Assembly: GCA_963631865.1 (NCBI GenBank)
Contig: CAVGTO010000002.1
Location: 7,054 to 71,053, forward strand
Direction: 5' to 3'
Source of the DNA: Eggerthellaceae bacterium
GTDB taxonomy: Bacteria; Bacteroidota; Bacteroidia; Bacteroidales; Marinilabiliaceae
DNA length: 64,000 bases
Part shown: in pieces, positions 62,165-64,000 of the stretch
Layout: each line of letters opens with the position of its first letter
Position numbering within the stretch: the first letter of the stretch is position 1
Made by a program: the position numbers and the translations under genes
The notes under the pieces: generated by a model
Database searches by the model: none
Told to the model about the DNA's origin: nothing
What the model saw: only the letters and a program-made list of their open reading frames with translations

Positions 62165-64000
62165 TTATTTGCTGAGCGTCAACTTAGAGACGCCGCCCTT
62201 CCTGACAATCACCATGCCCTTGCAGGGCGCCGCCATCTTGCGGCCCATAAGGTCATAGTACTCTTCAGAGCCGGAAACCTCGCCGACATCCATACGGTCA
62301 ATGGCGGTAGCCGAGCCCGAAGCCTTGTACGTCAAGTAGCCCGTGGTGCAGTTCGCCATAGTCTTGTCGTTCTTATTATCATCGCTGTAGCCAGATAGGC
62401 CCTCGCAAGAATCGAACATACCCTCAGAATTCTCAACGGCATCAGTAACAAAAGTCTTTGATACCTCTATCCTGGCGAGAGCTTTGTCGTCCCAGAACAT
62501 ATCAGACATATCGGTAACCTTGCCAGTGTCGAACGTCGAGAGGTCCAAAGCCGTCAGGCTATTGCACCGAGCGAACATACGCTCCATAGTCGTGACCTCA
62601 GAGGTATTCAGGTATTCAAGCCCCTTAATTGTCGTGAGGTTCTCAAATTCGTAGAACCACCTGTAGCACGATGTCGGGAGAGCCTCGCTGAACGCCTCGT
62701 CGAACTTGACGGTCGTAATCTCATCGCTGTAATTCTCCCAAAGAGGATAAGTCTCACCCGTGTTGAGCGAGAATGCCGTATTAGCGGAAGCCAGACGGTC
62801 GGCAACCGCGGAGTAGTGGAAGGTCAGTACAGCGTTCTTCTGATCGAACTCCACCCAAGGCATCTTGCTCGCCAAGAACTCGTCTTTCTTATTCTTGTCT
62901 ACAAGGTAGCCCTCGAAGTTCGCGTAGTTGTGGTCCGTCTTTTCTTCGTCGTAAGTTATTGCGCCCACAATGCTATAGCACCGTTCGAACATGTCATCTC
63001 CTTCAATTACTGCCGTGGTCACGAATTTGTCCGACGCATAGACCACAGTTAGAAGTGCGTCATATGCGAACATATCACTCATATCCTCAACCTTTGCGGT
63101 GTTGAAGCTCGAAAGGTCGAGAGTCGAGAAGGCACTCTCCGCAAACATATCCGTCATCAAGGTGACGTTCTCGGTGTTGAAACTCGTGAGATCCAGGTTC
63201 TTGAGGTTCTCGCAAGCTGCAAACATTCCCTCGAAAGACGTGCACTTGGAAGTATCGAAATTCGAAAGGTCGAGCTCCTTCACGCCGCAATACTGGAACA
63301 TTCCGTACATTCCATACCTTCCGGCGACATTCGAGGTGTTGAAACTCGAGAGGTCTATCTTCTCAAGCTTCGGAGTGTTCATGAACATACCACACATCGA
63401 GACAGCCTTCTCGGTATTAAATTTCGAGAGGTCGAGTTCCTTGAGAGCATTGCAATAATAGAACATGGCGTAGAAACTCTTCACATTCTTAGTGTCGAAG
63501 CTCGAAAGGTCGAGGGTCTCTAGCACCGCGCAGCGTTTGAACATTTCGCCCATATTGACTACGCTCGGAGTCCCAAATCCCTTAAGATTGAGATCCGTCA
63601 AAGCGTAGCAATAGTTGAACATATCACTCATATCCGTCACGCTGGTGTTCGCAAGCCCCGAAAGGTTGAGCGACTCGAGTTTTTCGCAGCTGGCGAACAT
63701 ATAATTCATCGAGAGCACGTTCTCCGTATTGTGGCCCGAGAAGTCGAGTTTAGTGAGGGATGAGCAACGATAGAACATATCCCTCATATCTTTCACCTCC
63801 GAGGTGTTGAGATATTCAAGTCCCTCAATGGTCGTCAGATTAGCGGCATTGTTGAACCAATTATAGCATGTAGTAGGCCGAGCATCGGCAAAGTTCTCGT
63901 CGAACTTGACGGTCGTAACCGAGTACATCACGCCGATCCACGGTTGGGACTCCGACTCAGGCACCTGATATTCAATTCCTAACTCGTCATCCTGCACCGT
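62165..64000 (-). CDS. BspA-type leucine-rich-repeat surface protein with a T9SS CTD (5' end outside the window)
   Basis: Many 'L.L..F.T..V..M..MF..C..L' repeats of about 23 aa in two blocks. Tail 'YYDLMGRKMAAPCKGMVIVRKGGVSKLTLSK'. The frame is open to base 64000. Confidence 0.8.
   Translation of the reverse strand, partial: TVQDDELGIEYQVPESESQPWIGVMYSVTTVKFDENFADARPTTCYNWFNNAANLTTIEGLEYLNTSEVKDMRDMFYRCSSLTKLDFSGHNTENVLSMNYMFASCEKLESLNLSGLANTSVTDMSDMFNYCYALTDLNLKGFGTPSVVNMGEMFKRCAVLETLDLSSFDTKNVKSFYAMFYYCNALKELDLSKFNTEKAVSMCGMFMNTPKLEKIDLSSFNTSNVAGRYGMYGMFQYCGVKELDLSNFDTSKCTSFEGMFAACENLKNLDLTSFNTENVTLMTDMFAESAFSTLDLSSFNTAKVEDMSDMFAYDALLTVVYASDKFVTTAVIEGDDMFERCYSIVGAITYDEEKTDHNYANFEGYLVDKNKKDEFLASKMPWVEFDQKNAVLTFHYSAVADRLASANTAFSLNTGETYPLWENYSDEITTVKFDEAFSEALPTSCYRWFYEFENLTTIKGLEYLNTSEVTTMERMFARCNSLTALDLSTFDTGKVTDMSDMFWDDKALARIEVSKTFVTDAVENSEGMFDSCEGLSGYSDDNKNDKTMANCTTGYLTYKASGSATAIDRMDVGEVSGSEEYYDLMGRKMAAPCKGMVIVRKGGVSKLTLSK

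Overview
This is a 64-kb chromosomal segment from a GC-rich Bacteroidales-type genome. The evidence for that placement is two SusC/SusD pairs, six proteins with T9SS-type C-terminal sorting tails, a frdCAB operon and TAnnTTTG promoter boxes. About 45 genes are supportable. They include a TerD-like protein with a CW_7-tailed membrane protein, tRNA-Arg(ACG), a Fic protein, a decayed AbiE toxin-antitoxin pair, two solitary AAA+ ATPase genes, an FKBP isomerase, and a five-gene CDP-alditol / LicD / TagF-like / flippase operon. A 15-kb island encodes T9SS cargo together with TlpA, a beta-barrel and three Omp28-like modules. A second SusC/SusD locus carries a zinc-metallohydrolase lipoprotein, and a BspA-type LRR protein runs off the right edge. 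The strongest candidate for an undescribed system is at 3466-13755. There, a two-gene cassette (a large polytopic membrane protein plus a beta-propeller lipoprotein with an invariant CxxCH motif) occurs three times, with overlapping or closely spaced stop and start codons within each pair. Two non-coding repeat families are also unexplained by the gene features. One is tandem 7-bp CAGTTNN arrays at or over the 3' ends of most operons, often paired with an inverted array. The other is a GC-rich double-hairpin repeat of about 50 bp, present in 4-5 copies. All family names come from reading the translations by eye and need HMM or BLAST confirmation.
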